The notes below the pieces were generated by a model that worked only from the letters and a program-made list of their open reading frames with translations, was not told the DNA's origin and searched no databases. Below are positions 1 to 10,843 of a stretch of DNA of 64,000 nt, one piece after another (position 1 is the first letter of the stretch; each line of letters starts with the position of its first letter). This DNA comes from Bacillota bacterium. GTDB taxonomy: Bacteria > Bacillota > Clostridia > Lachnospirales > Lachnospiraceae. The stretch is taken from assembly GCA_023415655.1 (NCBI GenBank), contig JAEZKD010000195.1, positions 892 through 64,891 of the forward strand, in the 5' to 3' direction. A program made the position numbers and the translations under genes.

Positions 1-198
1 ATAATAAACCATGCTCACCACCTTGATGTGCAAGGTTTGTCTGAATTAATTTTCTTACCGGATAATTTTCATTGAATCGTTCCTTAATAACCTTCTTTAA
101 AACAAGAATATCAAATATATCACTGAAAAGACAATCCATCTGCATCACGTTTTCAAGCGATAATCCTACATGCTTCAGGCGATATCCATATGGTCCAT
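1..198 (-). pseudogene. RidA/YjgF-family fragment, frameshifted, runs off window edge
   Basis: Minus-strand translation ...RLKHVGLSLENVMQMDCLFSDIFDILVLKKVIKERFNENYPVRKLIQT... resembles Rid-family proteins; the RBS-linked ATG at 198 is out of frame with it. Confidence 0.45.
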
Positions 199-687
199 TT
201 CTTTCCTCTTTCTGTCTTATAGAATCATCTCACGAAACATATACCATATTATACCATATTTCTTATAACTTTTGGCATAGAAATCGTTTTTTCTCAAAAT
301 TTATGGGCAAATCAATTAATGGTAAAACAAGAGGACTCAATAGTAACACGAGATGCCACTTAGTTAAAATCTTTCCGTGTTTATATTATTTTTTCTCTTA
401 GATTTAAAATAGACATCACGTAAAACCTAGAATTCCTGATTCCAAAATTCTTACAAAAATTTATGGTAAGACAACTAAATCAGCCGGATCTAAATCATCA
501 TAGTTAATCTTTACTACCACGATTGTACCTGACACAACTTCACTTGCTTTTTATCACTTTTTAACGATAATCAGCGATATTTCAAGAGCCAAAAAAGGAG
601 ATCCTAAAAGCCATGTAACCCGCATATATAATGCATTTACAGCTTTTAGAGCCTCCTATATAATTCATTTAAACTAATCCTAGCCGC

Positions 688-841
688 CGTTTAGCACAAG
701 CTACATCTATTCGCATTCTCGCCCGACAAGTTCTCTCGGGCTTCATGCTCATATCCGTACAGCGCGAAATCCGCAAAAAAGGCCCGATTGAGAGTGAACT
801 CTCATCGGACCTTTATATTCGTATTACGTTTGTGCTAAACG
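688..841. repeat. Intergenic element with 12-bp terminal inverted repeats and internal hairpins, includes probable tsf terminator
   Basis: CGTTTAGCACAA (688-699) / TTGTGCTAAACG (830-841); internal stems at 721-741 and 781-811. Confidence 0.6.
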
Positions 842-842
842 C

Positions 843-1775
843 TTATTTACCCATCTGCTTAGCAACTTCTTCAGCAAAGTTTTCTTCCTTCTTTTCGATA
901 CCTTCACCAGTTTCGAAACGAACGAAGCTCTTAACTGCGATTGGAGCGCCAACTTCTTTTGCTACGGATTCAACGTATTTCTGAACTGTTAAGTCGCCAT
1001 CTTTTACGTAAACCTGATCAACTAAACAGATTTCCTTTAACTGTTTTGCAAGACGGCCTTCGATCATCTTTTCTACGATGTTTTCTGGCTTCTTAGCGTT
1101 TGCTGGATCATTCATAGCCTGAATCTTTAAGATTTCTCTCTCATGAGCGATGTAATCTGCAGCAACTTCAGACTGGTTCACGTACTTAGGATTCATAGCT
1201 GCGATCTGCATTGCTACGTTCTTAGCACATTCTCTAGTAGCTTCGTTGTATACGCTTGTCTCAAGCTCAACTAAGATACCGATACGTCCGCCACCGTGTA
1301 CGTAAGATTCAACAAAACCGTTTTCAGCTACAACTTTCTTGAATCTTCTGATGTTCATGTTTTCGCCGATTACTGCGATCTGAGAAGCTAATTCTTCTTT
1401 GATAGTCTTAGAAGTATCAGCAGCCCAAGCTTCAGCTAAGAAAGCGTCGATGTCAGTTGCTGTAGTTGTTGCAGCCTGAGCAGCTACTGCTGCTACGAAG
1501 CCCTGGAATTTCTCATTCTTAGCAACGAAATCTGTTTCGGAGTTAACTTCTACGATAGAAGCTACTTTACCGTCAGCACTAACGTTAGTTGCACAGATAC
1601 CTTCTGCTGCGATTCTTCCTGCTTTCTTTTCAGCTGCAGCAAGTCCTTTTTCTCTTAAGAACTCTACTGCCTTGTCCATATCACCATCAGTTGCAGCTAA
1701 TGCCTTTTTACAGTCCATCATACCTGCACCGGTCATTTCTCTTAAATCCTTAACCATTCCAGCTGTTATAGCCAT
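843..1775 (-). CDS. tsf: Translation elongation factor Ts
   Basis: MAITAGMVKDLREMTGAGMMDCKKAL, EVNSETDFVA motif; GGAGG RBS places the start at 1775. Confidence 0.98.
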   Translation of the reverse strand: MAITAGMVKDLREMTGAGMMDCKKALAATDGDMDKAVEFLREKGLAAAEKKAGRIAAEGICATNVSADGKVASIVEVNSETDFVAKNEKFQGFVAAVAAQAATTTATDIDAFLAEAWAADTSKTIKEELASQIAVIGENMNIRRFKKVVAENGFVESYVHGGGRIGILVELETSVYNEATRECAKNVAMQIAAMNPKYVNQSEVAADYIAHEREILKIQAMNDPANAKKPENIVEKMIEGRLAKQLKEICLVDQVYVKDGDLTVQKYVESVAKEVGAPIAVKSFVRFETGEGIEKKEENFAEEVAKQMGK

Positions 1776-1898
1776 CGTTAATTCCTCCATCGATCAATAT
1801 TTTTAACACTTTTAAGCCCTCTTTATAAGAAAGCATTCTTAGCTTTCAACCGTTTGAAAGCTTTTTTATACAAAAGGTAATGGATTCATACCTATTGT

Positions 1899-1939
1899 AA
1901 AAAAAAGCTTCAGCCTAACACTCTGAGTCAGGCTGAAGC
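1899..1939 (-). terminator. Intrinsic terminator/attenuator between rpsB and tsf
   Basis: GCTTCAGCCT...AGGCTGAAGC stem with an adjacent A-tract (U-tract on the minus strand). Confidence 0.7.
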
Positions 1940-1966
1940 ATCTAATCTTATTGCAACAGCGCTTAA

Positions 1967-2707
1967 TTATGCCTCTACTGCTTCTTCTACAGCTTCTGTT
2001 TCTTCAGCAGAATCAGTCATCTGTACACCCTGGTTTGCTTCGATTACAGCATCTGCCATCTTAGCAACGATTAACTTAACTGCACGGATAGCGTCGTCAT
2101 TACCAGGAATTACATGATCAAGTTCTTCTGGATCACAGTTAGTATCAGCGATACCGATTAACTTAATACCAAGTGTATGTGCTTCCTGAATACAGATTCT
2201 TTCTTTCTTTGGATCTACAACGAAGATAGCTTCTGGGATTTCTTTCATATCCTTGATACCGCCAAGGTTCTTCTCAAGCTTTTCCCATTCCTTCTTTAAT
2301 TCGATAACTTCCTTCTTAGGAAGAACATCGAATGTACCATCAGCAGCCATAGTTTCGATTTCTTTTAATCTCTTGATTCTGGACTGGATAGTCTTGAAGT
2401 TAGTTAACATACCACCTAACCATCTTTCATTTACGTAGTACATACCACAACGTTCAGCTTCTGACTTAACAGAATCCTGAGCCTGTTTCTTAGTACCAAC
2501 GAAAAGAACTTTACCACCGTTAGCTACTACATCTTTGATTGCATAGTAAGCTTCATCAACTTTACCTACAGATTTCTGTAAGTCGATGATGTAGATACCA
2601 TTTCTTTCTGTGTAGATGTACTCAGCCATCTTAGGGTTCCATCTTCTTGTCTGATGTCCAAAGTGAACACCTGCTTCAAGTAATTGCTTCATTGAAATTA
2701 CGCTCAT
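1967..2707 (-). CDS. rpsB: 30S ribosomal protein S2
   Basis: [35 protein letters not shown] before ATG at 2707. Confidence 0.98.
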   Translation of the reverse strand: MSVISMKQLLEAGVHFGHQTRRWNPKMAEYIYTERNGIYIIDLQKSVGKVDEAYYAIKDVVANGGKVLFVGTKKQAQDSVKSEAERCGMYYVNERWLGGMLTNFKTIQSRIKRLKEIETMAADGTFDVLPKKEVIELKKEWEKLEKNLGGIKDMKEIPEAIFVVDPKKERICIQEAHTLGIKLIGIADTNCDPEELDHVIPGNDDAIRAVKLIVAKMADAVIEANQGVQMTDSAEETEAVEEAVEA

Positions 2708-2820
2708 TTTAAAATCCTCCATTTGGTTTTGACTTCCGTATAAATACTTTACGCAAACCTGTAAAACAGGCACCATGCGCATTCAATTCATACGTGATTT
2801 TTGCCTTATCAAGTATAACA
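2708..2820 (-). promoter_or_regulatory. rpsB promoter (extended -10) and putative S2 autoregulatory leader
   Basis: TGTTATACT at 2812-2820 on the minus strand; ~95-nt leader containing CACG, GGTGC and CGGAAG elements resembling rpsB leaders. Confidence 0.6.
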
Positions 2821-2832
2821 TGAATACGTGAA

Positions 2833-4071
2833 TTAAGCAAGTACTTTTTTTATCGTCCATTGCTGATTTTCATACTCAAGTATCCACTCAACTTTAATAT
2901 CACACCATTTATCCCCAAGATATGTGGATAAATATAGTAATTTTTTGGAATAATCTTCTGAATCGATCATCTTTACATCTTGTGCTGGATAATCGATTAC
3001 TTTTCCATCGATTTCTTCCCACCAAAGATGCTCCATCTCATCATAGTATTCTCCATCATCCTCTGATTGATTCATCGTTTGAATTTCAACTTCATATCCT
3101 GAATCCGGCTGTCTTAATAAAACACTATGATCTCCCGTCTTGGTTAAGGACACTGGTAACGCAAGCTGGTTTGTAGTAAATTCATCGTTTACTTCAAAAG
3201 GAACTTCCATTTTGGTATAACCCTTTTCATCCATCGAAAAGATACTAGTACCAATCATAAATCCGCCGGTACTTATCAAATACTGATAAAAAATGACTTC
3301 TTCCTTGCCATCTCCTGTCAAATCTCCATGTTCAACACCAAACCACTGTCCCCACGCCTTCTCAGTTAGCATGACGGACGTTCCATTCCCAAAATCTAGA
3401 CGAATACTAGTCTGATCGGTATCTTTATTATATTCTTTATACACACGGTCAATACTTCCATCCCCATCACAATCTTGAATTGGACATTCTTGTGCAAAGG
3501 CAGGATGTAAATCCATATAGCCCGTATATAAATAAGCATCTTCTAAGGTATATTCTTCCTTCACCTCTTCAGAGTCTAAGATATCAACACTATCTGTCAA
3601 CAATTCATCCTCTGTTGACTTATCCTCTGTTGTCTCTTCCTCTGCTGATTCATCCCCTGTTGACTTATTGGACGATTCATCTACTACAGAAGAATCCTTT
3701 TCATCGGTTGAGTCGATTGCCTTATCCGTATTCATATCATGTATGTTATGTTCCATCGTATCATTTGTATTATTATGTTCATCCTTCAATGCAAGATTAC
3801 TAGCATTCCCCTGATCCACTTTTATAACAATTACGCTTACAATCGCAATTAATATAAAACCGATAGCACAGGTTTTCTTTCGTTTTGCTCTCTTATTGAT
3901 AACATTCTTCGTATTTAGTTTTTCGCCCCTTGCGAATTTTAAATATAGCAATTTCCATATTGCTATACCGCGAGATGTAAAAGAACGCTTCTTAAACCAG
4001 AAGTTACGAAACCCTTTCCGATTCATAAAAAAACGATTGTTCTCTCGCTCTTTCTTATCCTTATGAAACAT
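2833..4071 (-). CDS. Membrane-anchored hypothetical protein with acidic linker and DxDGDG/GDLTGDG (Ca-binding-like) motifs
   Basis: 412-aa ORF, GGGAGG RBS, single TM, DCDGDG and GDLTGDGKEE motifs. Confidence 0.7.
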   Translation of the reverse strand: MFHKDKKERENNRFFMNRKGFRNFWFKKRSFTSRGIAIWKLLYLKFARGEKLNTKNVINKRAKRKKTCAIGFILIAIVSVIVIKVDQGNASNLALKDEHNNTNDTMEHNIHDMNTDKAIDSTDEKDSSVVDESSNKSTGDESAEEETTEDKSTEDELLTDSVDILDSEEVKEEYTLEDAYLYTGYMDLHPAFAQECPIQDCDGDGSIDRVYKEYNKDTDQTSIRLDFGNGTSVMLTEKAWGQWFGVEHGDLTGDGKEEVIFYQYLISTGGFMIGTSIFSMDEKGYTKMEVPFEVNDEFTTNQLALPVSLTKTGDHSVLLRQPDSGYEVEIQTMNQSEDDGEYYDEMEHLWWEEIDGKVIDYPAQDVKMIDSEDYSKKLLYLSTYLGDKWCDIKVEWILEYENQQWTIKKVLA

Positions 4072-4561
4072 ATTCCTCCCGCATAAACGATAGTAACTGC
4101 CTTATAGATTATGATACGACTATCGCTTTCATCCCTTTATTTTAAGACCTTTTGCCTTACCACCATTATAATGTGTAAGACTCTTATGAAACGTTCCTTC
4201 CCCAAAACGAACCATACCTATTTGGTCACTTTTATGCAAACAACCCAGTACACTGTTATAAGCAATTGCAACGCAATTTCTTATGCATTGAAACGGCTTT
4301 TTGTCTCATAGATTCTCCCAAAACTCTAGGAAACAGCCATTCTTTCATAGTATAGCATACTTTTCTACAATTTCTATACTGAATTGCATTTTTTCTACAT
4401 TTTTTTCGGATTTGTTACTTTTTACTTTTTTAAGGTCTTTTTTTATGTTAAGAGTGCTCTTTTACACAAAAAAAGAACCTTTCATGTTCTACAAAAATCC
4501 TACTCCTTTTAGATAAAGTAGGTATCCCTTTAAACAATCAGATTCTTTTTCCCATCCTTAA

Positions 4562-5200
4562 TTATGGACGTCTTGTAATTATTTCCGCTATTTCAGCAAA
4601 GGTTACTCCCTGCTCAAATACATAATCTCCAATTCGAATGGATCTAGCATATCCATTATCAATCAAATAACGATGATATTCCTTCGCATCCTCAACTAAA
4701 CCTATGCGGTCAGCCTCTTCGGCAACATGATGAGAATACATTCCTTTTACAATGGTGAGTGTAATGGTATCACCAATTGGTTCTTTCCCCTCCACCTCTT
4801 CTGGCTCCTTGGTTGGTTCTTGCGTTGGAGTTGGCTCTGGTGTTGGTGTAGCTGTTGGCGCTATGGTTGGTTCTTGAGTTGGCTCTTGGGTTGGTGCTAA
4901 GGTTGGTTCTTTCGTTGGTTCTTCAGTTACAATTGATTCTGGTATCTCAGTTGGTTCTGTGATAGGAGTTATGGTAGATGAGTCTTCTGGTTCCTGCGTG
5001 CTTGCTTCTGGTGTTGGTGTTGGGTTTAATCCAGTAATCTTTATATTACTATCAGCTTCCACCATTCCCAGTTTTTTTGCAGCATGAATAATCTCACTAT
5101 CTGACATTGTTTCTTTTCCATTGGCTCCTGTCAGACTCATTACTATGATAGCAAATAGAATACCAGTCCCAAGCCCTCTCATGTAATATTTCAGTTTCAT
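4562..5200 (-). CDS. Membrane-anchored protein with Pro/Thr/Glu linker and YceG/MltG-like C-terminal segment, at end of flagellar operon
   Basis: MKLKYYMRGLGTGIL; PTQEPT repeats; C-terminal IRIGDYVF. Confidence 0.75.
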   Translation of the reverse strand: MKLKYYMRGLGTGILFAIIVMSLTGANGKETMSDSEIIHAAKKLGMVEADSNIKITGLNPTPTPEASTQEPEDSSTITPITEPTEIPESIVTEEPTKEPTLAPTQEPTQEPTIAPTATPTPEPTPTQEPTKEPEEVEGKEPIGDTITLTIVKGMYSHHVAEEADRIGLVEDAKEYHRYLIDNGYARSIRIGDYVFEQGVTFAEIAEIITRRP

Positions 5201-5214
5201 GTCAATACTCCAAT

Positions 5215-5955
5215 CTAATTCTTCTGAGCATACAAATCAATAATAAGTTTTACCTCACCTTGTCCGATGCCAAGTTGTCTTGATATGTCACGAATCGATT
5301 TCTTCTGAAGGTGTAGTTCAATAATTTCAGCACGTCTCTTTTCTTCAAGTTCTTTTGTTGTAACCGCTTCTTCCAAAAAGAAAATCCCATCGTCTAATTC
5401 GGATGGATTACCTTCCTTGGTTTGATCATTTTGAGTATTTTGCCCTGTGATATCTCCACTCTCTACCAAAGCTTCTGTATCCATCATCTGCATCTGAGTA
5501 TTGACACGCTGCTGTGTTGAGGGTTCACCTTTTTTACGATTATTCATTAAGGAAGTGATTTTTTCAAGGAATTCTTTATTCTCTCGGCGAATTGCATCCA
5601 TCTTAGAAAAAGTTACCTTAATGTCTTCTTCTTTTTTACATAACATATCATATAAAAAAACAACTTCCTTGTTGTTTTGTTCCATTTTTTCTAACAACTG
5701 AACGGAAAAATCATTCACTGCCATAATTTTTTCATTCGAGATTCTACTCATTTTATCATCCGCATCGATTACACTATTGGTAACAGCATCCTCAATAATC
5801 GTTTGCATTTGTACTTTTAATTGTTCGATTTCATCCTTTGTCAACTCTGGCTTATACTCATTTCCTTTTTTCCTAGAGTCCTTATCCACCAAAACAAAAC
5901 TAAGTATAAGCAAACCTATTGCTACAATCAGTAGCAAGATTTCTGTAGTAGACAT
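5215..5955 (-). CDS. Membrane-anchored coiled-coil protein with C-terminal HTH (DUF6115/SwrB-like)
   Basis: N-terminal TM; C-terminal ISRQLGIGQGEVKLIIDL; position after fliA. Confidence 0.7.
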   Translation of the reverse strand: MSTTEILLLIVAIGLLILSFVLVDKDSRKKGNEYKPELTKDEIEQLKVQMQTIIEDAVTNSVIDADDKMSRISNEKIMAVNDFSVQLLEKMEQNNKEVVFLYDMLCKKEEDIKVTFSKMDAIRRENKEFLEKITSLMNNRKKGEPSTQQRVNTQMQMMDTEALVESGDITGQNTQNDQTKEGNPSELDDGIFFLEEAVTTKELEEKRRAEIIELHLQKKSIRDISRQLGIGQGEVKLIIDLYAQKN

Positions 5956-5969
5956 CCTTTTTATCCCCT

Positions 5970-6287
5970 TTATATTTTAATATCAAATCCTTGATGCTCT
6001 TCTGGTAATTGTTTCGAATCAGTAACAGGGGGTTGCTTCTTCTTTTTCTTCTTTTGAGAAAAAAGGTATGGATTACTTCCCTTATTCCTTGCATCATAAC
6101 GATACTCAGGTGTTTCACTCTTCTTTGTTGCTATCGTCTGCTCACTATGACGTTGGATATCTTGCTTAAACTTTTCAGAAAAAGACATTTTCTCACTAAC
6201 CGCTTTTTGCATCTCAGCTACCTTTTGTTGAGATGCCTCTTGTGATTTTGGTATAAATGAAGCATTTTCAAGTGGTGTTATCGCCAT
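5970..6287 (-). CDS. Conserved flagellar-operon hypothetical protein
   Basis: 105-aa ORF with RBS, ending in FDIKI as seen in small proteins of clostridial fla operons. Confidence 0.7.
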   Translation of the reverse strand: MAITPLENASFIPKSQEASQQKVAEMQKAVSEKMSFSEKFKQDIQRHSEQTIATKKSETPEYRYDARNKGSNPYLFSQKKKKKKQPPVTDSKQLPEEHQGFDIKI

Positions 6288-6349
6288 ATTGCGCCTCCCT
6301 AATAATACAACAAATCAGAATGGTTACCATTTCTACAATACACTTTTAC

Positions 6350-7954
6350 TTAATATAACTTATACGGCCCAACAATGACATCTGCTTGCTCTCTTATTAA
6401 GGTACAATGCATTGTTTCCGTGCGTATATAATATACAACTCCAGCAATTACAACCTTACACCCTGGATAAATAGTATCTTTAATATTCACACTACCAGCG
6501 ACATGATTATCCATATATTCCTGTAAATAATTCAGACGTTCCATCATTTCTTTTTGCTTATTCTCTAACGTCTCTTTATTCACAGACAACGCTTTTACTT
6601 GTAATATTTTATCGGGTGCAAGTTTGACTCCACTTTTCATCTTTTTCAGATACAAAAGTAGATTTTGGTTTGTACGCTCAATCTCAAGTGAAATTGTAGG
6701 TATCTCCTTTTCAATGCGATGATATTCTTCAATTAACTCAGGATCAACGCCAACCTCTAGTAAGGTGCTCGTTCCCATCGTGGAACCTGCTGTCTTAGCA
6801 GAAATCATGGACCCAGATCGAATCTGTCCCCCAGTAATAAACCCTTTTTTCCCACCGACAGTAATATCTCCCTTTGCAGAAACATTACTGTGAAGAATTG
6901 CTTCTGTGGTTAGACTGCCCGATGTTGTAATCGTTGCATTCTCAATGAATTTGGTTACTATATTACCTTTGGCACTTAAACTTCCTTTGTTCATTCCCTG
7001 AATACCACGTTTTAGAATGATTTGTCCTCCTGCTTCCAGTGTTGCTCCTTCTACGACACCTTCTACGACGATATCTCCACTGGCAACCACCTTGTAACCG
7101 GTACGTACAGATCCTTTGATCATAACACTACCATCATAACGAATATCACCGGTAGACGCATCCACATCTGCAGGGATATCATAGGAATCTGATACAAACA
7201 CTTTATCATTCACTAAGGATGCATGTCCATCCACTTCGGAATAGATCTTTAGCTTATCCTCCGAAAGTCGTATTTTTTTACCAAACTTTAAAATACGTTG
7301 CTCCACTTTACGAGGTGTTAGAGAACCACCACACACATCAATGCCAGGACGCCCCATAACCGCTGGTTCTAATGATGCTAAGAGAGAATCTTTGCTGACA
7401 TGACTAATCGTATTCAAGGTATGAAAGTCTACGGTTCCATCCTCATTGAGCTTAGGTTTACTGGAAGGATCGGTATTAAAATAATACGTAATGACTGCAT
7501 CCTTCCCCTCAATACAAGGAGTTCCCTTAGCTAATTCAATCGTAGTAAAATAGGTGCGGTTTTGAAGAAAACTTTCCAAATTTTCTTCAATCACCCCATA
7601 CTTTACTCCTGCCTTTACAAGATCATTGATGATTTCTTTGCGATTCATCAGTGAACCACCTTTACTTGGAGGATAAAATCGAGCAAATGCACTCATACGA
7701 TCTCTAGCAATCGTTATCTTAACACTTTCACTTTCTGGGCTTCGTACAACATGATCTAACTTAATTAATTGAACCTCTGATAAATTTCGTATCGCTTCAC
7801 TCATGGCTATTCGATTGAATTCGATATGACGTTTGTTCAAATACTCTTCTAATTCACTAAATTCAATGTTGACTCCACCTGGTTTTGCCGGTACTAACTG
7901 AAGGTAGGTCCCATCATCTTGTAATACCAGTAAAAATTGTGCATTCGTACTCAT
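6350..7954 (-). CDS. FapA/DUF342 family protein
   Basis: DGTVDF motif, beta-helix repeats (GDIVVEGVVEGATLEAGG), IYPG C-terminus. Confidence 0.88.
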   Translation of the reverse strand: MSTNAQFLLVLQDDGTYLQLVPAKPGGVNIEFSELEEYLNKRHIEFNRIAMSEAIRNLSEVQLIKLDHVVRSPESESVKITIARDRMSAFARFYPPSKGGSLMNRKEIINDLVKAGVKYGVIEENLESFLQNRTYFTTIELAKGTPCIEGKDAVITYYFNTDPSSKPKLNEDGTVDFHTLNTISHVSKDSLLASLEPAVMGRPGIDVCGGSLTPRKVEQRILKFGKKIRLSEDKLKIYSEVDGHASLVNDKVFVSDSYDIPADVDASTGDIRYDGSVMIKGSVRTGYKVVASGDIVVEGVVEGATLEAGGQIILKRGIQGMNKGSLSAKGNIVTKFIENATITTSGSLTTEAILHSNVSAKGDITVGGKKGFITGGQIRSGSMISAKTAGSTMGTSTLLEVGVDPELIEEYHRIEKEIPTISLEIERTNQNLLLYLKKMKSGVKLAPDKILQVKALSVNKETLENKQKEMMERLNYLQEYMDNHVAGSVNIKDTIYPGCKVVIAGVVYYIRTETMHCTLIREQADVIVGPYKLY

Positions 7955-7972
7955 AATATCATCTCCTATTGT

Positions 7973-8737
7973 CTATTCCCCCATAAAAACAGTTAGGTTA
8001 TTTCCAAGCTTTTGACGCATCTTTTGCAAAGCTTTCGTGTGCAACTGTGATACTCTTGATTCACTTACTTCTAGTACTGCGCTGATTTCCTTCAGTGTTA
8101 ACTCTTCATAATAATACAAAACGATAACTTTCTTTTCTTTTTCCGTTAAGTATTCTAATGCTTTGATTAAGATTTCCTTTAATTCTTGTTTTTCAATGAT
8201 CTTTTGTGGCTGAGCAAAGTCTTCACTTGTATGACTTTCTACATGCCCTTCTCCTTGTTCCATGTATTCATCTAGAGAGACAAGGTTACTTATCTTTGTT
8301 TGATTCTGCCAATTCTCTAGTTCTTCGACAGTAATCTCTAATTCTTTTGCTATTTCTTCATCGGTTGCTACACGGCCATAGAGTGATTCCATCTTCTGAT
8401 AAGCAGCGTCTAACCGTTTCTGTTTTTGTCGTAACGTTCTTGGTATCCAATCCATCTTTCGAATCTGATCTAGTATTGCTCCTCGAATACGCAAAGAAGC
8501 ATATGTTTCAAACTTGACACCCTTATCATAATCGAATTTATCAATCGCATCAATTAGCCCAAATGTCCCGTACCCGACCAAATCATCATATTCGACATTG
8601 TATCCTAGATATATACTCAATCTCCCTGCTACGATTTTAACAAGGCCTGCGTATTCAATTATGATTTTTTCTCTTAATTCAGAGGAATGACACTTCGCGT
8701 AATCCTCCCATAATTTTTGCTTATTTTCTACGCTCAT
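7973..8737 (-). CDS. fliA: Flagellar sigma factor sigma-28 (FliA/SigD)
   Basis: KFETYASLRIRGAILDQIRKMDW; LTLKEISAVLEVSESRVSQLH. Confidence 0.95.
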   Translation of the reverse strand: MSVENKQKLWEDYAKCHSSELREKIIIEYAGLVKIVAGRLSIYLGYNVEYDDLVGYGTFGLIDAIDKFDYDKGVKFETYASLRIRGAILDQIRKMDWIPRTLRQKQKRLDAAYQKMESLYGRVATDEEIAKELEITVEELENWQNQTKISNLVSLDEYMEQGEGHVESHTSEDFAQPQKIIEKQELKEILIKALEYLTEKEKKVIVLYYYEELTLKEISAVLEVSESRVSQLHTKALQKMRQKLGNNLTVFMGE

Positions 8738-8778
8738 CGACCTATCTCCTGTATTCCATTCAAATTACGTACAAAACT

Positions 8779-9099
8779 TTATTGTATTTCATCATTTGTA
8801 ATTGCTCCGGAATCACTGTTAGTAGCAGCATTTTCCTTCTCCTTAAGTTTCTGAGTTTCCTGTGTTAGCTTTTCTTCTTTCATCCTCTCTCGTTCTTTAA
8901 GGATATAAGCGTCATTGGCTGCTTTATTAATTTTCATAATAAAATGAGAGGCAATCAGGCCAATGATATAAAAGATGATCAGTATAATAAACACAGTTAG
9001 AAGGGTTTTCACTAATGGATACTCATTTACAATACATGCAATGCTTGCAACTGCACCAGCACTCAATGTAATAATTGCAGGAATATTCTTACTCTTCAT
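8779..9099 (-). CDS. Small two-TM hypothetical protein
   Basis: 106-aa ORF with RBS between cheD and fliA. Confidence 0.7.
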   Translation of the reverse strand: MKSKNIPAIITLSAGAVASIACIVNEYPLVKTLLTVFIILIIFYIIGLIASHFIMKINKAANDAYILKERERMKEEKLTQETQKLKEKENAATNSDSGAITNDEIQ

Positions 9100-9184
9100 A
9101 AATCTCCCCTATCTGTCACCTATTGACATGCTGTTAAATCGTTGTGGTGATATCTATTACTACGTTTGGTGCGAGTCCTTTCAT

Positions 9185-9670
9185 CTACATCTTCTTAATT
9201 TCCCTACCAACGGATTTTATAATAAGATCGCCACTTTCTGGATAAAACTCAATGGTTCTACCATAATTAAGTCCTGTGTCTTGAGCTACAATTGGTATTT
9301 TTAAGCTAGCAAGCTTATTCGTAGTAGCTTCAACATTGCGCTCACCAACACGGAGCATATCGTTGTTGCTGTTAAAAGCAAACATCTGCGCTCCACCTGC
9401 AATTTTTGCAATTAAAGCATTTTTATTAGCACCCATTGCAATCATTCTACGGATTAGTTCATCAATTCCTGTGTCCGCAAACTTTGCTAGATTTTCATTG
9501 TTCTTAATTTTAGTACTATCTGGTAGCATCACATGAACCATCCCAGATATTTTTTTACCTGGATCAAACAAAACTACACCTACACAAGAACCTAATCCTA
9601 AGGTCGTAATAGCATCTGGTGGTGTACATACGTTCAAATCTGCCATCCCAACTTTAATCATATTTCCCAT
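9185..9670 (-). CDS. cheD: Chemoreceptor glutamine deamidase CheD
   Basis: TTLGLGSCVGV, HVMLP, KIAGGAQMF. Confidence 0.96.
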   Translation of the reverse strand: MGNMIKVGMADLNVCTPPDAITTLGLGSCVGVVLFDPGKKISGMVHVMLPDSTKIKNNENLAKFADTGIDELIRRMIAMGANKNALIAKIAGGAQMFAFNSNNDMLRVGERNVEATTNKLASLKIPIVAQDTGLNYGRTIEFYPESGDLIIKSVGREIKKM

Positions 9671-9678
9671 CGTTCCTC

Positions 9679-10296
9679 CTACAGTCCTAATGAAGTTAAA
9701 ATTGCGCTGTAGGATTCCAGGGTTGGAATAAGAATAAAGTAACCATTCACTTCACTACCTTTTTCACCAAATTCTGTCTCAATGAGTAGAGCCTTATCAC
9801 TAATTTTTCCAAATTCGATTGCAGGTACACTTAAGATTGCGCCTGCCATGTCAATGGCCATATAAGGTACACTTGAGGTTATTGTCATGTTCGTAAGTGT
9901 CGATAATGAAGATAGATAAGCACCGGCAATGATATTGCCAATCTCCTGTAACGCAGAAAGCTCAATCTCATTCAGTTCTTCACTCGGAACAGACATCCCA
10001 TTCATTAAAAGGTTCACAATATTATGTGCCGACTCTTTCTCCAAAATAAACATAATCATCCCGTCGATATCACCTTCTAATGTAAGTAGGATACCAACCA
10101 CAATGTTTTCAGCTCCACCAATAATTTCTGATAAGTCTTTAAATTCTAATAAATCTATCTTTGGTACTTTCATGTCTACTTTGGCATTTAGCATCTTCGA
10201 TAATGCAGTCGTTGCATTACCAGCTCCAATATTACCAATTTCCTTTAGTACGTCAAATTGCATATTATCCATATTGTCTATCTTGACTTCTGCCAT
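9679..10296 (-). CDS. cheC: CheY-P phosphatase CheC
   Basis: Two EIGNI motifs. Confidence 0.95.
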   Translation of the reverse strand: MAEVKIDNMDNMQFDVLKEIGNIGAGNATTALSKMLNAKVDMKVPKIDLLEFKDLSEIIGGAENIVVGILLTLEGDIDGMIMFILEKESAHNIVNLLMNGMSVPSEELNEIELSALQEIGNIIAGAYLSSLSTLTNMTITSSVPYMAIDMAGAILSVPAIEFGKISDKALLIETEFGEKGSEVNGYFILIPTLESYSAILTSLGL

Positions 10297-10368
10297 CGTA
10301 GTCCTCCTCTTATCACAACAGCAATAGTGCTGTAGGATAGCGAACTATCCCACAACACTGAAAGTTTC

Positions 10369-10830
10369 TTATTTCATATCGAGTTCTTTTTCAATAATGA
10401 CTGAATGCATATTTAATAATGAAATTAAGTTTCCACCATTCTTACCAACCCCTGCTAGGTAAGCAGCTTTTTCATCATTATTGGTATTTGCAATCTTATC
10501 AATATTTTCAGCATCAATTGTAACAACCTCGCGAACTTCATCCACGATAATCCCTACTGCTGCCTGTGGTTCAATCTTTAAGATTAAGATTCTAGTTGCA
10601 TTCGTAAATTGATCTTCAGGAAGACCAAATTTTAATCTTAGACTCATTACTGGGATAATTTCACCACGAATATTGATTACCCCTTTAAAAAAGTTCTGAG
10701 CCTTTGGTACTCTCGTAATTCTTTGCATACGTACAATGTTATCTATGTACTGTATATCAATACCAAATTGTTCATTCCCTAAAGTTACCACGATATATTG
10801 TCTTGCTTCGTTTACTGTAGTCATCTCCAT
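10369..10830 (-). CDS. cheW: Chemotaxis coupling protein CheW
   Basis: ITRVPKA...GVINIRGEIIPV. Confidence 0.96.
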   Translation of the reverse strand: MEMTTVNEARQYIVVTLGNEQFGIDIQYIDNIVRMQRITRVPKAQNFFKGVINIRGEIIPVMSLRLKFGLPEDQFTNATRILILKIEPQAAVGIIVDEVREVVTIDAENIDKIANTNNDEKAAYLAGVGKNGGNLISLLNMHSVIIEKELDMK

Positions 10831-10843
10831 AGTTAAGTCCCTC

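Noticed and set aside
4800..5030. GGTTGGTTC-type repeats
   Set aside because: Ordinary Pro/Thr linker coding sequence.
9134..9184. 16-codon ORF MKGLAPNVVIDITTTI after cheD
   Set aside because: Too short to support without conservation data.
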